From: a virus
Taxonomy: Duplodnaviria > Caudoviricetes
Reading direction: 5' to 3' (one strand)
Virus record (IMG/VR): IMGVR_UViG_3300037510_000187
Span: 1 to 24,025 of that record
Length of the DNA stretch: 24,025 bases
Part shown: positions 1 to 7,692 of the stretch, piece by piece
How positions within the stretch are numbered: the first letter of the stretch is position 1
Layout of the letters: the number at the start of each line of letters is the position of its first letter
Translations under genes and position numbers: made by a program
The notes under the pieces: generated by a model
Databases searched by the model: none
What the model was told of the DNA's origin: nothing
The model's input: only the letters and a program-made list of their open reading frames with translations

Positions 1-479
1 AGGTACAGCGATAGCCGCTGGGTATTGCCATCACCAGATGTGCCAACAGTGTCCAGGTCAGCAACTTGATCCGGCCAAGTAGCATTGGTGCCATCGAAGA
101 ACCACGATTCATAGAGCGATGAGTTGACGGATACTGCGTCGTAGGCGATCTCGACGGTGTTACCACCGCCAGCAATGCCATCCGAGAAGATGGTCAACCA
201 GTATGAGCCTGCAGATATGGAGCTGGTAAGCGTGTAATCGTGCCAACTTCCGCCGGTATCGGTGAACCCAGCGAGCACATCCGACATGTAGGCACGCGTA
301 CCGTCAGCGTAGTTGTATAGCGTTGCACGCGTGCCATTGGTCGCCGTTCCAACGCTGCGGATATATGCCCGGATGCGCAGTGCCGTTTCTGTGCTGGCTA
401 GCGTGATTGCGACACCTCGACGCCGGTTCTCGAACTGAATCCACGAGGCACCAACCGAGCTATAACCGTAGATGGCCAT
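1..479 (-). CDS. Late-operon beta-rich protein, probable virion-associated protein (partial, runs off the left edge)
   Basis: Not in the ORF track; ATG at 479 directly after the stop at 481; open to base 1: MAIYGYSSVGASWIQFENRRRGVAITLASTETALRIRAYIRS...SAGSYWLTIFSDG...; rich in G/S/T and aromatics. Confidence 0.75.
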   Translation of the reverse strand, partial: MAIYGYSSVGASWIQFENRRRGVAITLASTETALRIRAYIRSVGTATNGTRATLYNYADGTRAYMSDVLAGFTDTGGSWHDYTLTSSISAGSYWLTIFSDGIAGGGNTVEIAYDAVSVNSSLYESWFFDGTNATWPDQVADLDTVGTSGDGNTQRLSLY

Positions 480-480
480 G

Positions 481-1791
481 TCAGTTCACAAACCCCGAGC
501 GCGGCCCCAACCAGCCGTTGTAATTACGCGCGACGGTGAAGTACCCGCCGATGTCGAAGTAGTTTCCTGAGCCAGCCGGCAGCGCCACATTGAACTGGCC
601 GCAACCGAACTGCTGGACGCTATCGAGAAACTGCCCAAGCGCCATGAAATTTTTGTAGTCCCACGGAATACCGCGCTCGACCCAGACGCCCGCTCGATTC
701 GTGTACTTATAGGCAATTAGTCCACGAGGATACTGCGCGGTGGCCGCAGGGATGATCCGATACTCACAGGTCAGGAAGTCGCCACCCTTGAAGCAAGGCT
801 TGCTGTTGAACGACGTAATCGAGTCTGCCTGATCGACCAGATAGAACGCCTGCGGACCATTGATGTAGTACGTGTTGGTCCCGCCAGTGGCCACGTCCTC
901 TTCGTTGTAAGCATCCTGGCCGTAAGCCACGAGCGTGTTGGCCGCAGGAGCAAACCCCAGCGTGGCGCTGCGCCTATAGGTTGCGCTGTCGGCTGTGGTG
1001 CTGGGAGAGATGAAATACACCGGGCGGCTGGACGAGCTAACGGGCCCGCCAATAGACGGGCTGCACATGACCAGCGAATGTTTGCAGCCATTGTTCTGCG
1101 TCTGATACGCGCTCGCAATCGTCGGTCCATAGCGAATCTCAAACCGCAAGTTGAAATCTTGGATTCCAAGCGTGCCGTTGCGATGCAGATTGGTGATCTG
1201 CACGCCACGCTCATACTGATCCGTCGTCGGCGGCGTGATTCGGCAAAAGGCGCCGCCATCCCACCAGCCGTTCGTGTTATGGACCTGCGATCCAGAGCCG
1301 GCGAACCCAGTCGTCTGATCGACCTGGGCGCCAGCCGATCCGGTGGCGAACATGAAGTAATCGCGCAGCGCCATGTCGACCGAGTAGATCGGGAACGAAG
1401 CGAGATTGAGGTTCGCATACGAACCCACTTGGCCGTTGTTTCCTGACGAAGCCGCCGTTGTTGTGGCAGACGCAATACTGCTCTGAGCGCTGACGTTGCC
1501 ATTGCCGTCAAATGCCACCACCCGATAAAACCGGGTCGTACCCGCGGTCAGACCGGTGTCGTCATAGGACAATGACGAGGTAGTCAGGTCTGAGCCGACC
1601 TGGCTGTAGGTTCCAGTGCTCGTCGTTGAGCGATAGACGCGATATCCAGCGAGCCCCGACCCGCCCGTGTCAGTCGATGCGGCCCAGGTGATGCGAATCG
1701 TGGTCTGCGACAACGCACTCGCTGCCGCGCTACCGGGAACCGTCGGTGGCGTCGTATCGGGGCTGTAAACAACCCGAGCTAGGGTGCTCAT
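481..1791 (-). CDS. Fibronectin type III domain protein with C-terminal beta-sandwich (glycan-binding/lyase-like) region
   Basis: DTTPPTVP...ITWAASTD...GYRVYR...YDDTGL...YRVVAFDGNGNVS is a classic bacterial FN3 motif; the C-terminal fold is inferred from composition only. Confidence 0.85.
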   Translation of the reverse strand: MSTLARVVYSPDTTPPTVPGSAAASALSQTTIRITWAASTDTGGSGLAGYRVYRSTTSTGTYSQVGSDLTTSSLSYDDTGLTAGTTRFYRVVAFDGNGNVSAQSSIASATTTAASSGNNGQVGSYANLNLASFPIYSVDMALRDYFMFATGSAGAQVDQTTGFAGSGSQVHNTNGWWDGGAFCRITPPTTDQYERGVQITNLHRNGTLGIQDFNLRFEIRYGPTIASAYQTQNNGCKHSLVMCSPSIGGPVSSSSRPVYFISPSTTADSATYRRSATLGFAPAANTLVAYGQDAYNEEDVATGGTNTYYINGPQAFYLVDQADSITSFNSKPCFKGGDFLTCEYRIIPAATAQYPRGLIAYKYTNRAGVWVERGIPWDYKNFMALGQFLDSVQQFGCGQFNVALPAGSGNYFDIGGYFTVARNYNGWLGPRSGFVN

Positions 1792-1802
1792 TCAGAATAA
1801 CG

Positions 1803-2003
1803 TCAACCAGGACCGATCCTGTTGATGTGCCGCCAAATCGCGTCCAGGCTTACGCCGCCAAACTTTTGCTGAGTACACAATCTGTGCGCCGAGCGCAGCG
1901 CTCCGGCTAGCATCTCGATGGCGTCCTGTCGGCTCACGCTATCGATCAGCGCCTGCCGCACTTTCTGATCGTGCTTCAGACAGTGCGCCGGTTTGCCAGT
2001 CAT
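1803..2003 (-). CDS. Hypothetical protein
   Basis: 66-aa ORF filling the gap between two co-oriented FN3 genes. Confidence 0.5.
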   Translation of the reverse strand: MTGKPAHCLKHDQKVRQALIDSVSRQDAIEMLAGALRSAHRLCTQQKFGGVSLDAIWRHINRIGPG

Positions 2004-2009
2004 GGCAGA

Positions 2010-2402
2010 TCACGAAGTGACCGTCACCGTCACCGTCACGACCACGGAGCCGGGTGCGCCAGGAACATCGATCACCTTCGACACTTCGTTGCTGGGTGCG
2101 CTAGGGCCATTGTCTGATGTCGCCAGCACGCGATAACGGTGCGTGCCGAGTGCAAGATTGCTTTCGGTGTACGTGAGCACTGTCGAAGTCGTGGTGCCGA
2201 TCTCGGTCCACGCAGTGCCCTCCAATTTCTGCACGGAGTATCCCCGCACCGGGCAATTGGTAATCGTCGCCCCGCCAGCACATGTGGTCGGTGCCTGCCA
2301 GGTCAGGACAGCGCGTCGGTTGACGGTCTGGGCCGAGGCGACACCAGAAATGATCAGGCACACGCCGATCGCCACGATTGCGGCAGAGAAGTTGGGACGC
2401 AT
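2010..2402 (-). CDS. Signal-peptide-bearing single FN3 domain protein
   Basis: Sec-type leader MRPNFSAAIVAIGVCLIISGVASA; LTWQAP...GYSV...YTE...YRVLA...SAPSNEV FN3 signature; GGAG upstream. Confidence 0.85.
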   Translation of the reverse strand: MRPNFSAAIVAIGVCLIISGVASAQTVNRRAVLTWQAPTTCAGGATITNCPVRGYSVQKLEGTAWTEIGTTTSTVLTYTESNLALGTHRYRVLATSDNGPSAPSNEVSKVIDVPGAPGSVVVTVTVTVTS

Positions 2403-2416
2403 GGAAGCTCCGGGTT

Positions 2417-2478
2417 AGAAAGGCCGCGACCAGCCCGTGAGGTTAGGGACTAACTCGGGGATGTTGGCTGGCGCGGCC
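2417..2478 (-). terminator. Long hairpin followed by TTTCT, upstream of the first late gene
   Basis: Minus strand: GGCCGCG-CCAGCC...GGCTGG-T-CGCGGCC with an inner GAG-TTAG/CTAA-C-CTC stem. Confidence 0.5.
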
Positions 2479-2480
2479 GG

Positions 2481-2510
2481 AAACGAAAAACCCCGCTCAT
2501 TGGCGGGGCT
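2481..2510 (-). terminator. Intrinsic terminator downstream of Q (tR'-like)
   Basis: Minus strand: CCCCGC-CAATGA-GCGGGG followed by TTTTTCGTTT. Confidence 0.8.
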
Positions 2511-2541
2511 TAGGGATGCGAAATCCGATTCTGACTGGAAT

Positions 2542-2949
2542 TTATACATGAACCCGCAACAACTTCAAGAGGGTGACGTTGTTTGTTCCCTCGAATCTGT
2601 ATTTCAGGAAGTTCAGCGACAGACCCCAAGCCCTTTCCAAGGACCGCGGAGACATCCCGGCCAGTTTTGCGATCTCAACAGTCGGCAACGGCTTGCAATA
2701 CCAGAGCACAATGATCTTGTTCGTCTTCGGGGGGCAGGTCAGCACAATACGATCCACTACCAAGGCCGTGTCGTCATCGAGCGGCGGGACGCGAGAGACG
2801 CGCGAATCGTCCCATCTCTCGGTTGGAAGACCGCAGCCGTTAGCAACGGCCCAACGCTGCATGATCCGGTCGGTGGTAAGCAACTCTTGCGGGATCACGC
2901 CAGTCGTCGCCTGGCCAAGCATCGACTTCAGCACTGAGGCGGCATACAT
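2542..2949 (-). CDS. Late-gene antiterminator Q-like / sigma-4-type HTH regulator
   Basis: Last gene of the PR arm; N-terminal ..MQRWA.. and C-terminal HTH (TVEIAKLAGMSPRSLERAW); followed by a terminator. Confidence 0.7.
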   Translation of the reverse strand: MYAASVLKSMLGQATTGVIPQELLTTDRIMQRWAVANGCGLPTERWDDSRVSRVPPLDDDTALVVDRIVLTCPPKTNKIIVLWYCKPLPTVEIAKLAGMSPRSLERAWGLSLNFLKYRFEGTNNVTLLKLLRVHV

Positions 2950-3329
2950 CAGACGTTCCTCACCAATTGCACGTCGATCCCATACCGGGCCTTGACCTGC
3001 TTGAGCTTGTCCCGCTTGGCCGGCGTCATCACGCCAGTCGTGTCCACGACATCAACACCACCAAGATTGACTACCAGGAAGTCAGCCCGGTATTTCACGC
3101 CGCCTTCCAGCTCGAACGTAACCTGCCGTACGAACCACAGGATCTCGCCGGCCTTCCATCGCAGCACGAGCTGTTCGTAGTAATCGCGCTCGAGCTTTGA
3201 GTCGAAGCGCTTGCCGTCGGCAGACATCGACGGCACGTTCCGATACTTTGCCGGCTTCTTCGCTGGCGCAGCCGATGATGTCGATCGCCGCTTCATCAGA
3301 TCCGCGTATTCCTGCTCGGTGAGCCTCAT
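2949..3329 (-). CDS. DUF1064-like PD-(D/E)XK endonuclease (possible resolvase)
   Basis: KYRN...DGKRFDSKLE..YY..L...RQVTFEL..GVKYRADFLV...VVDTTG; the usual D/E-x-K is D-T-T here. Confidence 0.8.
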   Translation of the reverse strand: MRLTEQEYADLMKRRSTSSAAPAKKPAKYRNVPSMSADGKRFDSKLERDYYEQLVLRWKAGEILWFVRQVTFELEGGVKYRADFLVVNLGGVDVVDTTGVMTPAKRDKLKQVKARYGIDVQLVRNV

Positions 3330-3859
3330 CCCCCGTCACCTCGGCCGAGGATCAGATCATCAGCGCTCGGAGGTTGGGCTAGGTAACACATGGCGATGCG
3401 CTTGTTGAACTCAGCCTCAACATTCGATTTCGCGTCTTCGACCGTGGAGCCCACGTAACCGCTCGCGCCCCATGGCGACTCATCGAGCGCCATGTCCAGA
3501 TGTTCCTTCCAGCCTTTCCATGTGATGAGAACGCGCCCGAAGGGCGTGTGCCCAATCAGATGCGTGTACATGCAGCTCTTGTCCTGCTCATCGGTCCAGC
3601 GAATTGCGCACGGCTCGTCGACCTGGCGCTGCAGGCGCTCGATCTCCTCCGCCGCAGTGTATCCGAGCAGCCTGAAACCGCCGGGCAACGCACGCAGCTG
3701 TGAGCACAGATCCTTCGATGGCTCGGAGGCTGATGTCTGGTCGAACATGCGCCACGCCTGGCACGTCATGCAGTTGACGTCGTAGTCTGGGCAGCGCTCG
3801 CCCAGGATCTGCGTGATCAATGCGGCGAGCTGATCTTTCGACGGGACTGGGTCGCTCAC
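3326..3859 (-). CDS. Modular phage accessory protein (Ead/Ea22-like mosaic)
   Basis: Overlaps both neighbours; CxxxxxxCxxC module; AAEEIERLQ segment; shares VPSK and AQPP linkers with genes at 16-18 kb. Confidence 0.7.
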   Translation of the reverse strand: MSDPVPSKDQLAALITQILGERCPDYDVNCMTCQAWRMFDQTSASEPSKDLCSQLRALPGGFRLLGYTAAEEIERLQRQVDEPCAIRWTDEQDKSCMYTHLIGHTPFGRVLITWKGWKEHLDMALDESPWGASGYVGSTVEDAKSNVEAEFNKRIAMCYLAQPPSADDLILGRGDGG

Positions 3860-4335
3860 AACGCCTGACCTTTCAGTTCCGCCAGTTCTCGCTCAAGCTC
3901 AGCGATGCGAAGAACTCGACGGTGTTCTGCCTCACGCTTACACTGCTCGCGGATATTCACGAGCCATTGCTCTTGCAGGTCTGGGTCCATCGGCTCGCCG
4001 TTCAGTTCCCCTCCGCCGTCCCAGATGAACTGATTCAGCGGAAAGTGCGCTTTGCAGTGGACACAGAAGGTGCCGGTGTAGAAGCGAGGGTTTCGCGCGT
4101 ACGTCTCAGCAATGGCCGTGCCCATAGTCGTCTCGCCACCGCATCCGATTTGACGGTCAGTCTCACTCGGATATGTGTGGATGTAGGACCGACGCAGCGG
4201 CTTAACGAAGCCTTTGGCACGTTCCTCCGGAGACAGCACCACGTAATCGCGTTGCATGCCCGTCGCCGGGTTGATCTCGGTGTGGCCGTGATCGGCCGGG
4301 ACCGGCTGGCCGCTGACTAACATCCGCTCGCTCAT
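3856..4335 (-). CDS. Conserved phage protein with putative Zn site
   Basis: YVVLSPEERAKGFVKP.RRSY.H...CG..T.M...AETYARNP.FY..TFCxxC pattern, recalled from phage hypothetical proteins. Confidence 0.8.
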   Translation of the reverse strand: MSERMLVSGQPVPADHGHTEINPATGMQRDYVVLSPEERAKGFVKPLRRSYIHTYPSETDRQIGCGGETTMGTAIAETYARNPRFYTGTFCVHCKAHFPLNQFIWDGGGELNGEPMDPDLQEQWLVNIREQCKREAEHRRVLRIAELERELAELKGQAL

Positions 4336-4556
4336 GATTTTTTGCTCAGTTCGAAGTGAAAGATGCGGCCCTCGATGCGGAAGCTGACGAGATCTCGGCC
4401 AGTGTCGTCGACCTCGGTAACAGGAAATTGCAGATTGTGCCCAAGCGATTGAAGCCGCTTGAGGAACACGACGAGCAATTGATCCTTGAGGTCGTCAAGC
4501 ACGTCGGCGTGGATGCCAGCGCCGGCTGCTCGCGCCATATCGATGCCCTTACCCAT
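4332..4556 (-). CDS. Hypothetical phage protein
   Basis: AAGGAG RBS before ATG 4556 (MGKGIDMARAAG...); ATGA overlap with the next gene. Confidence 0.7.
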   Translation of the reverse strand: MGKGIDMARAAGAGIHADVLDDLKDQLLVVFLKRLQSLGHNLQFPVTEVDDTGRDLVSFRIEGRIFHFELSKKS

Positions 4557-4641
4557 TGCTTCGCTCCTTTGTGCCATCGCCTTCGATCAGGCCAACTAGC
4601 CATCCAAGTTCGAATTCGGTTAGTCCCTCGGAATGTTTCAC
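4549..4641 (-). pseudogene. LAGLIDADG homing-endonuclease N-terminal remnant
   Basis: 30-aa ORF MKHSEGLTEFELGWLVGLIEGDGTKERSNG*; WLVGLIEGDG matches the LAGLIDADG helix and the ORF stops 7 codons later. Confidence 0.6.
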
Positions 4642-4650
4642 GGCAAACTC

Positions 4651-4836
4651 TTAAGGAGCCTTCGAGCTTTGCGCAAGGTCGTTACGCGCTCCCTGCCCTA
4701 TCGGCCGAATCAGTCGCTCGCCACGATCGCCAACGCTGTAACGATGCTGAATTGTTCGAGCTGGTAGCCCGACAATACTCGCTAGTTCGCGCAGGCTCAT
4801 CGGTTGGCCATGATGCTCAACGAAATGTGACATCAT
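4651..4836 (-). CDS. Small HTH protein resembling the DNA-binding module of phage HNH endonucleases
   Basis: VEHHGQPMSLRELASIVGLPARTIQHRY pattern. Confidence 0.6.
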   Translation of the reverse strand: MMSHFVEHHGQPMSLRELASIVGLPARTIQHRYSVGDRGERLIRPIGQGARNDLAQSSKAP

Positions 4837-5044
4837 CGCTCCCAGAGCTTTCGGTAGCTGCGCATGCAGTCTTCACAGAAGAGCCCGCCCGGGATTCGTA
4901 ACCCGCGACGACAACGACAGAGATTCCATGCTTCTTGCAAGCTTTCCGCACGGCCTCGCGATTCGTCCCCAGTCGCTGAGCGATCTGTACGCGGTCGAGA
5001 CCTTTTGCGCATAACTGCTTGAGTCGTTCGATATCGATGCTCAT
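4817..5044 (-). CDS. Small HTH DNA-binding protein
   Basis: GLDRVQIAQRLGTNREAVRKACKKHGI HTH; ATGA overlap with the P-like gene. Confidence 0.7.
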   Translation of the reverse strand: MSIDIERLKQLCAKGLDRVQIAQRLGTNREAVRKACKKHGISVVVVAGYESRAGSSVKTACAATESSGSDDVTFR

Positions 5045-5532
5045 GGCGCCCCAAGCCTCTCGAATCCGGAACTCATCAGTCGCTTGATCTCGTCAGCCGA
5101 GGCGATCTGCGGGAGCGCTTCGCGCACCTGGTCGACGTCACGCAAATCTTCGTATGCCTCTTTAAACCGCCGCTCGATAAACGGCAGATCCTTCTCCACG
5201 TTCGCATGACGAATCGCGTATTGCCCACCGACGATGCGGGCAGCGCGTTCAGTGCGACTGCCGGGATCAAGTCGCACACCACTCAACACGCGCTCCCACG
5301 CTTCGCCAGCTGTCGGCTCACCGGCCTTGCGTAGCTGTGCGAAGTCATACGGCGTCGGCATGAATTGGCACGCGCTTATCAGGTGAGCCGCAGCGGCCGT
5401 GAAGTCTTCGATCGACCACGAGGACATCGACAACCACCAAAGGTCGATCGCTTCATCGGTGAGTTCGCGCCCCTTGATTGCCGCCAAGCCGACTAGCGTC
5501 GTCACGAACTTCGGTTTGTCACTGGGCTGCAT
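5041..5532 (-). CDS. Replication protein P-like / helicase loader (DUF6475-like)
   Basis: Directly after the initiator; ..LWW....WSIEDF..A...H.....FMPTP.D...AGEAW..V...GG...I...F...Y pattern. Confidence 0.75.
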   Translation of the reverse strand: MQPSDKPKFVTTLVGLAAIKGRELTDEAIDLWWLSMSSWSIEDFTAAAAHLISACQFMPTPYDFAQLRKAGEPTAGEAWERVLSGVRLDPGSRTERAARIVGGQYAIRHANVEKDLPFIERRFKEAYEDLRDVDQVREALPQIASADEIKRLMSSGFERLGAP

Positions 5533-6334
5533 CGGTTTGCCTGCTTAACCATCGCTGAGCTACGGAAACGTTTTTGTCCTGCTTCGCCTGTGCCTTGGTC
5601 GGCGGTGGCGTCCACGCCTGTTTCCAGGGCTCATCTGCCGCGCCGAAGAACTTTCCCGGCGTCATCACGAACTGCGGACCACTCACCCCTCCTGAGTCGC
5701 AGTACTTCCGATATCTCGCCACGGCAGCCACCAACTCGCTCCACGACACACCATCACGCTGGATGCGTTGGTTGCAGTTGTGCTCGGCGTTGATCCAATC
5801 CTGTCGGCCAGTGAAGGTCGGGTATCCCTCGCGAATGGTGTGAAAGCCGATCGACTCTGCCTCGTGTGTGCCCGAGGCATCGGGAGAGAGGGATACAGGA
5901 AGGGGGGAAGGGGAATCAGGAGTCAGGAATCCGGAGTCAGCCGGGCCACACTTGTTCTGTTCCGATGCCTGCCCGGTGCTAGCACCGGTTTCGCCCGGTG
6001 CTGGTTCGGTTCTGGGAGCGGGTATTTTTGATGCCGGCTCTTTCTGATGTGGATTCTGGTGATCTTTGAACGTAACCACCTGAATGTATCGTGATTGAGC
6101 CACCTGATACCGAATAATGAAGCCATTGTCAGCTAACCACGCGAGTGACTTTTCCGTCGTTTCAAATGGACGACAGGGATTCAGCTCAATGTGAATCTTG
6201 ACTGGCTTATCTTCAAGGCGCCCTTCTCGATCGGCCATGCACCACAGACCTTCGAAGATCAGCGTGTAAAGCGGGTCAGCGACGGCCAGCAGATCATTCT
6301 TGAAAATAGATGGCTTGAGATTCCGGGCTCGCAT
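5519..6334 (-). CDS. Phage replication initiator (O-like)
   Basis: MRARNLKPSIFKN..L...LIFEGLWCMADREGRLED.P..I N-terminus; low-complexity ori-bearing linker; start placed at ATG 6334 rather than 6403. Confidence 0.85.
   Translation of the reverse strand: MRARNLKPSIFKNDLLAVADPLYTLIFEGLWCMADREGRLEDKPVKIHIELNPCRPFETTEKSLAWLADNGFIIRYQVAQSRYIQVVTFKDHQNPHQKEPASKIPAPRTEPAPGETGASTGQASEQNKCGPADSGFLTPDSPSPLPVSLSPDASGTHEAESIGFHTIREGYPTFTGRQDWINAEHNCNQRIQRDGVSWSELVAAVARYRKYCDSGGVSGPQFVMTPGKFFGAADEPWKQAWTPPPTKAQAKQDKNVSVAQRWLSRQTDAAQ
5882..6002. repeat. Probable replication origin inside the initiator gene
   Basis: Purine-rich tract 5882-5915; four tandem 7-mers GGAATCA/GGAGTCA/GGAATCC/GGAGTCA (5912-5939); GCCCGGTGCT repeated at 5971 and 5993; 16-bp palindrome CCGGTGCTAGCACCGG (5973-5988). 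Confidence 0.7.
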
Positions 6335-6402
6335 GAGTCTTGTCTGGTTCTGGTCTGGTGCTAAACTAGTGCCACTGGATCGCCGACGTTTGTGGTCCAA
6401 CA

Positions 6403-6446
6403 CAGGAGCGGCTGGCCGGGTACCGGACCGAGTCCAGCCGCTCCTG
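6403..6446. repeat. Perfect 13-bp inverted repeat in the initiator leader
   Basis: CAGGAGCGGCTGG (6403-6415) / CCAGCCGCTCCTG (6434-6446). Confidence 0.85.
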
Positions 6447-6457
6447 CCCCTTCTCGA

Positions 6458-6697
6458 TCACGCTGCCCTCTTCATTCGCTTGCCATCGCGCCACCAGTAC
6501 TGCAGGACGCGCTTTCCGGTCCTCGTCTTGATCCAGCGTCGGTCGAGTTCATAACCGAGCTCCTCTTCAATCTCGGCGATGCGACTCCAGAGGTTCATCA
6601 CACCCAGCTTCACGGCCGCGTCTCGGCGAGTGATGAAGTGGTGTTCTTTGAGGTACGAAATCAGGCGCCGATTCTGGGTGTCGCGACAGTTGCTCAT
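6458..6697 (-). CDS. Winged-HTH protein (HTH_39-like)
   Basis: Q..RLISYLKEH..ITRRDA...LGVMNLWSRIAEI....GYEL...W pattern; GAGGTGAGG RBS. Confidence 0.75.
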   Translation of the reverse strand: MSNCRDTQNRRLISYLKEHHFITRRDAAVKLGVMNLWSRIAEIEEELGYELDRRWIKTRTGKRVLQYWWRDGKRMKRAA

Positions 6698-6897
6698 GAC
6701 CTCACCTCAAAAAGAAGGCCGCCATGAGCGCGGCCGAACAGGGGTCTTCGAGGAATCATTTGCGTCGACAAAGTTGACGCTGCAACGCAAGGCCTTAAGG
6801 GGAATCCCTTGTGGATTAACCTGTGTTGCGGAGTCGTGACGACGGGAGTACGGTCCAGATTCCGCGCGGCCGACACGTCTTCAAGAAAGAAGCTCAC
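6694..6897 (-). CDS. Doubtful ORF spanning a hairpin-rich region
   Basis: 4-nt overlaps at both ends, but most of it runs through hairpins and a terminator. Confidence 0.35.
   Translation of the reverse strand: MSFFLEDVSAARNLDRTPVVTTPQHRLIHKGFPLRPCVAASTLSTQMIPRRPLFGRAHGGLLFEVRS
6709..6735 (-). terminator. Intrinsic terminator in the PR arm (tR-like)
   Basis: Minus strand: GGCCGC-GCTCATG-GCGGCC-TTCTTTTT. Confidence 0.75.
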
Positions 6898-7334
6898 GCC
6901 GCCGCACCTCGCGTAGATTCCAACAGCAAACGGACGGCGCGCTTGTGGTCTTCAAGCTCTCGTTTCAGGTTTTGGTTCTCGCGTTCCAGGTCGGAACAGT
7001 GCTTCCGGATCGAGAGCCACTCATAACCGCGCGCTTCAGCGAGCCAGATGAGCGGAAATTCGTTCCCCACGATATCCATGAACTGCAAGAACCGCTCATC
7101 AGCGGGAGGGCTTGCGGTGCCTTTGGTGATCTTCGTCCAGTGCGACGGGTCGATCCCGAGCGGCCCATAGATCTGCTTGTCTTCCAATTCCGAGAACTGC
7201 GCCGCGAAATTCCATGCAGCAAGGAGGTTCGGTTTGTTCTTGATCAGTCGGACGAGCTGTGGCGTGACTTCCTCTACGTGAGGCTGGTTACGCCCAGTTA
7301 GTAATTCCAGCTGCTTCCGATTCTTGGAATCCAT
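6894..7334 (-). CDS. CII-like transcriptional regulator (HTH + C-terminal coiled coil)
   Basis: Downstream of cro; DKQIYGPLGIDPSHWTKI..G HTH; GNEFPLIWLAEARGY; coiled coil; start placed at ATG 7334. Confidence 0.7.
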   Translation of the reverse strand: MDSKNRKQLELLTGRNQPHVEEVTPQLVRLIKNKPNLLAAWNFAAQFSELEDKQIYGPLGIDPSHWTKITKGTASPPADERFLQFMDIVGNEFPLIWLAEARGYEWLSIRKHCSDLERENQNLKRELEDHKRAVRLLLESTRGAAA

Positions 7335-7419
7335 TTGAATATGCTGTCGCTGGGCAAAAAAATATGTGAGGGCGATGATGACTACAAAGAAACAACGAGG
7401 AATTGTGATTGCATTGGAT

Positions 7420-7638
7420 TCACGCAGAACGACGGACACGATCGTGCATCGAGAGCAACCGATCGCTTGTCAGTTCCTTACCTTTCCTGCGAAGCGCCTG
7501 GATAAGCGGCGCCCATGCATCCGAAGGGATACGCTGGCGCTCTTTCCACTTCTCGACAGCATCTCGGGACCACCCAACATCGGTGGCCATCGCCGTGAGC
7601 GTGTCCCACGCCTTAAAGACATCATCAATCGTTCGCAT
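7420..7638 (-). CDS. cro: Cro-like repressor
   Basis: 72 aa; TAMATDVGWSRDAVEKWKERQRIP..W..L HTH; first gene of PR, divergent from the repressor. Confidence 0.8.
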   Translation of the reverse strand: MRTIDDVFKAWDTLTAMATDVGWSRDAVEKWKERQRIPSDAWAPLIQALRRKGKELTSDRLLSMHDRVRRSA

Positions 7639-7645
7639 GCGCTAC

Positions 7646-7674
7646 AGCATGCACCCGACGATTTGTCGGGTCAA
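7646..7674 (-). promoter_or_regulatory. PR-like promoter with operator in the spacer
   Basis: TTGACC-17 nt-CATGCT, then 7 nt to the cro ATG; operator CCCGACGATTTGTCGGG at 7654-7670. Confidence 0.75.
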
Positions 7675-7692
7675 GGCCCGCTTATGATTCCG

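Noticed and set aside
771-1511. 246-aa alternative-frame ORF in the FN3 gene, and similar Arg-rich shadow ORFs throughout the track (e.g. 8238-8861, 14368-15003, 14450-15088, 20313-20981)
   Set aside because: Nested in or antisense to better-supported genes, with off-frame composition
6335-6403. Longer start of the replication initiator
   Set aside because: The family N-terminus is MRARN.KP at 6334; the upstream part lies in a structured leader
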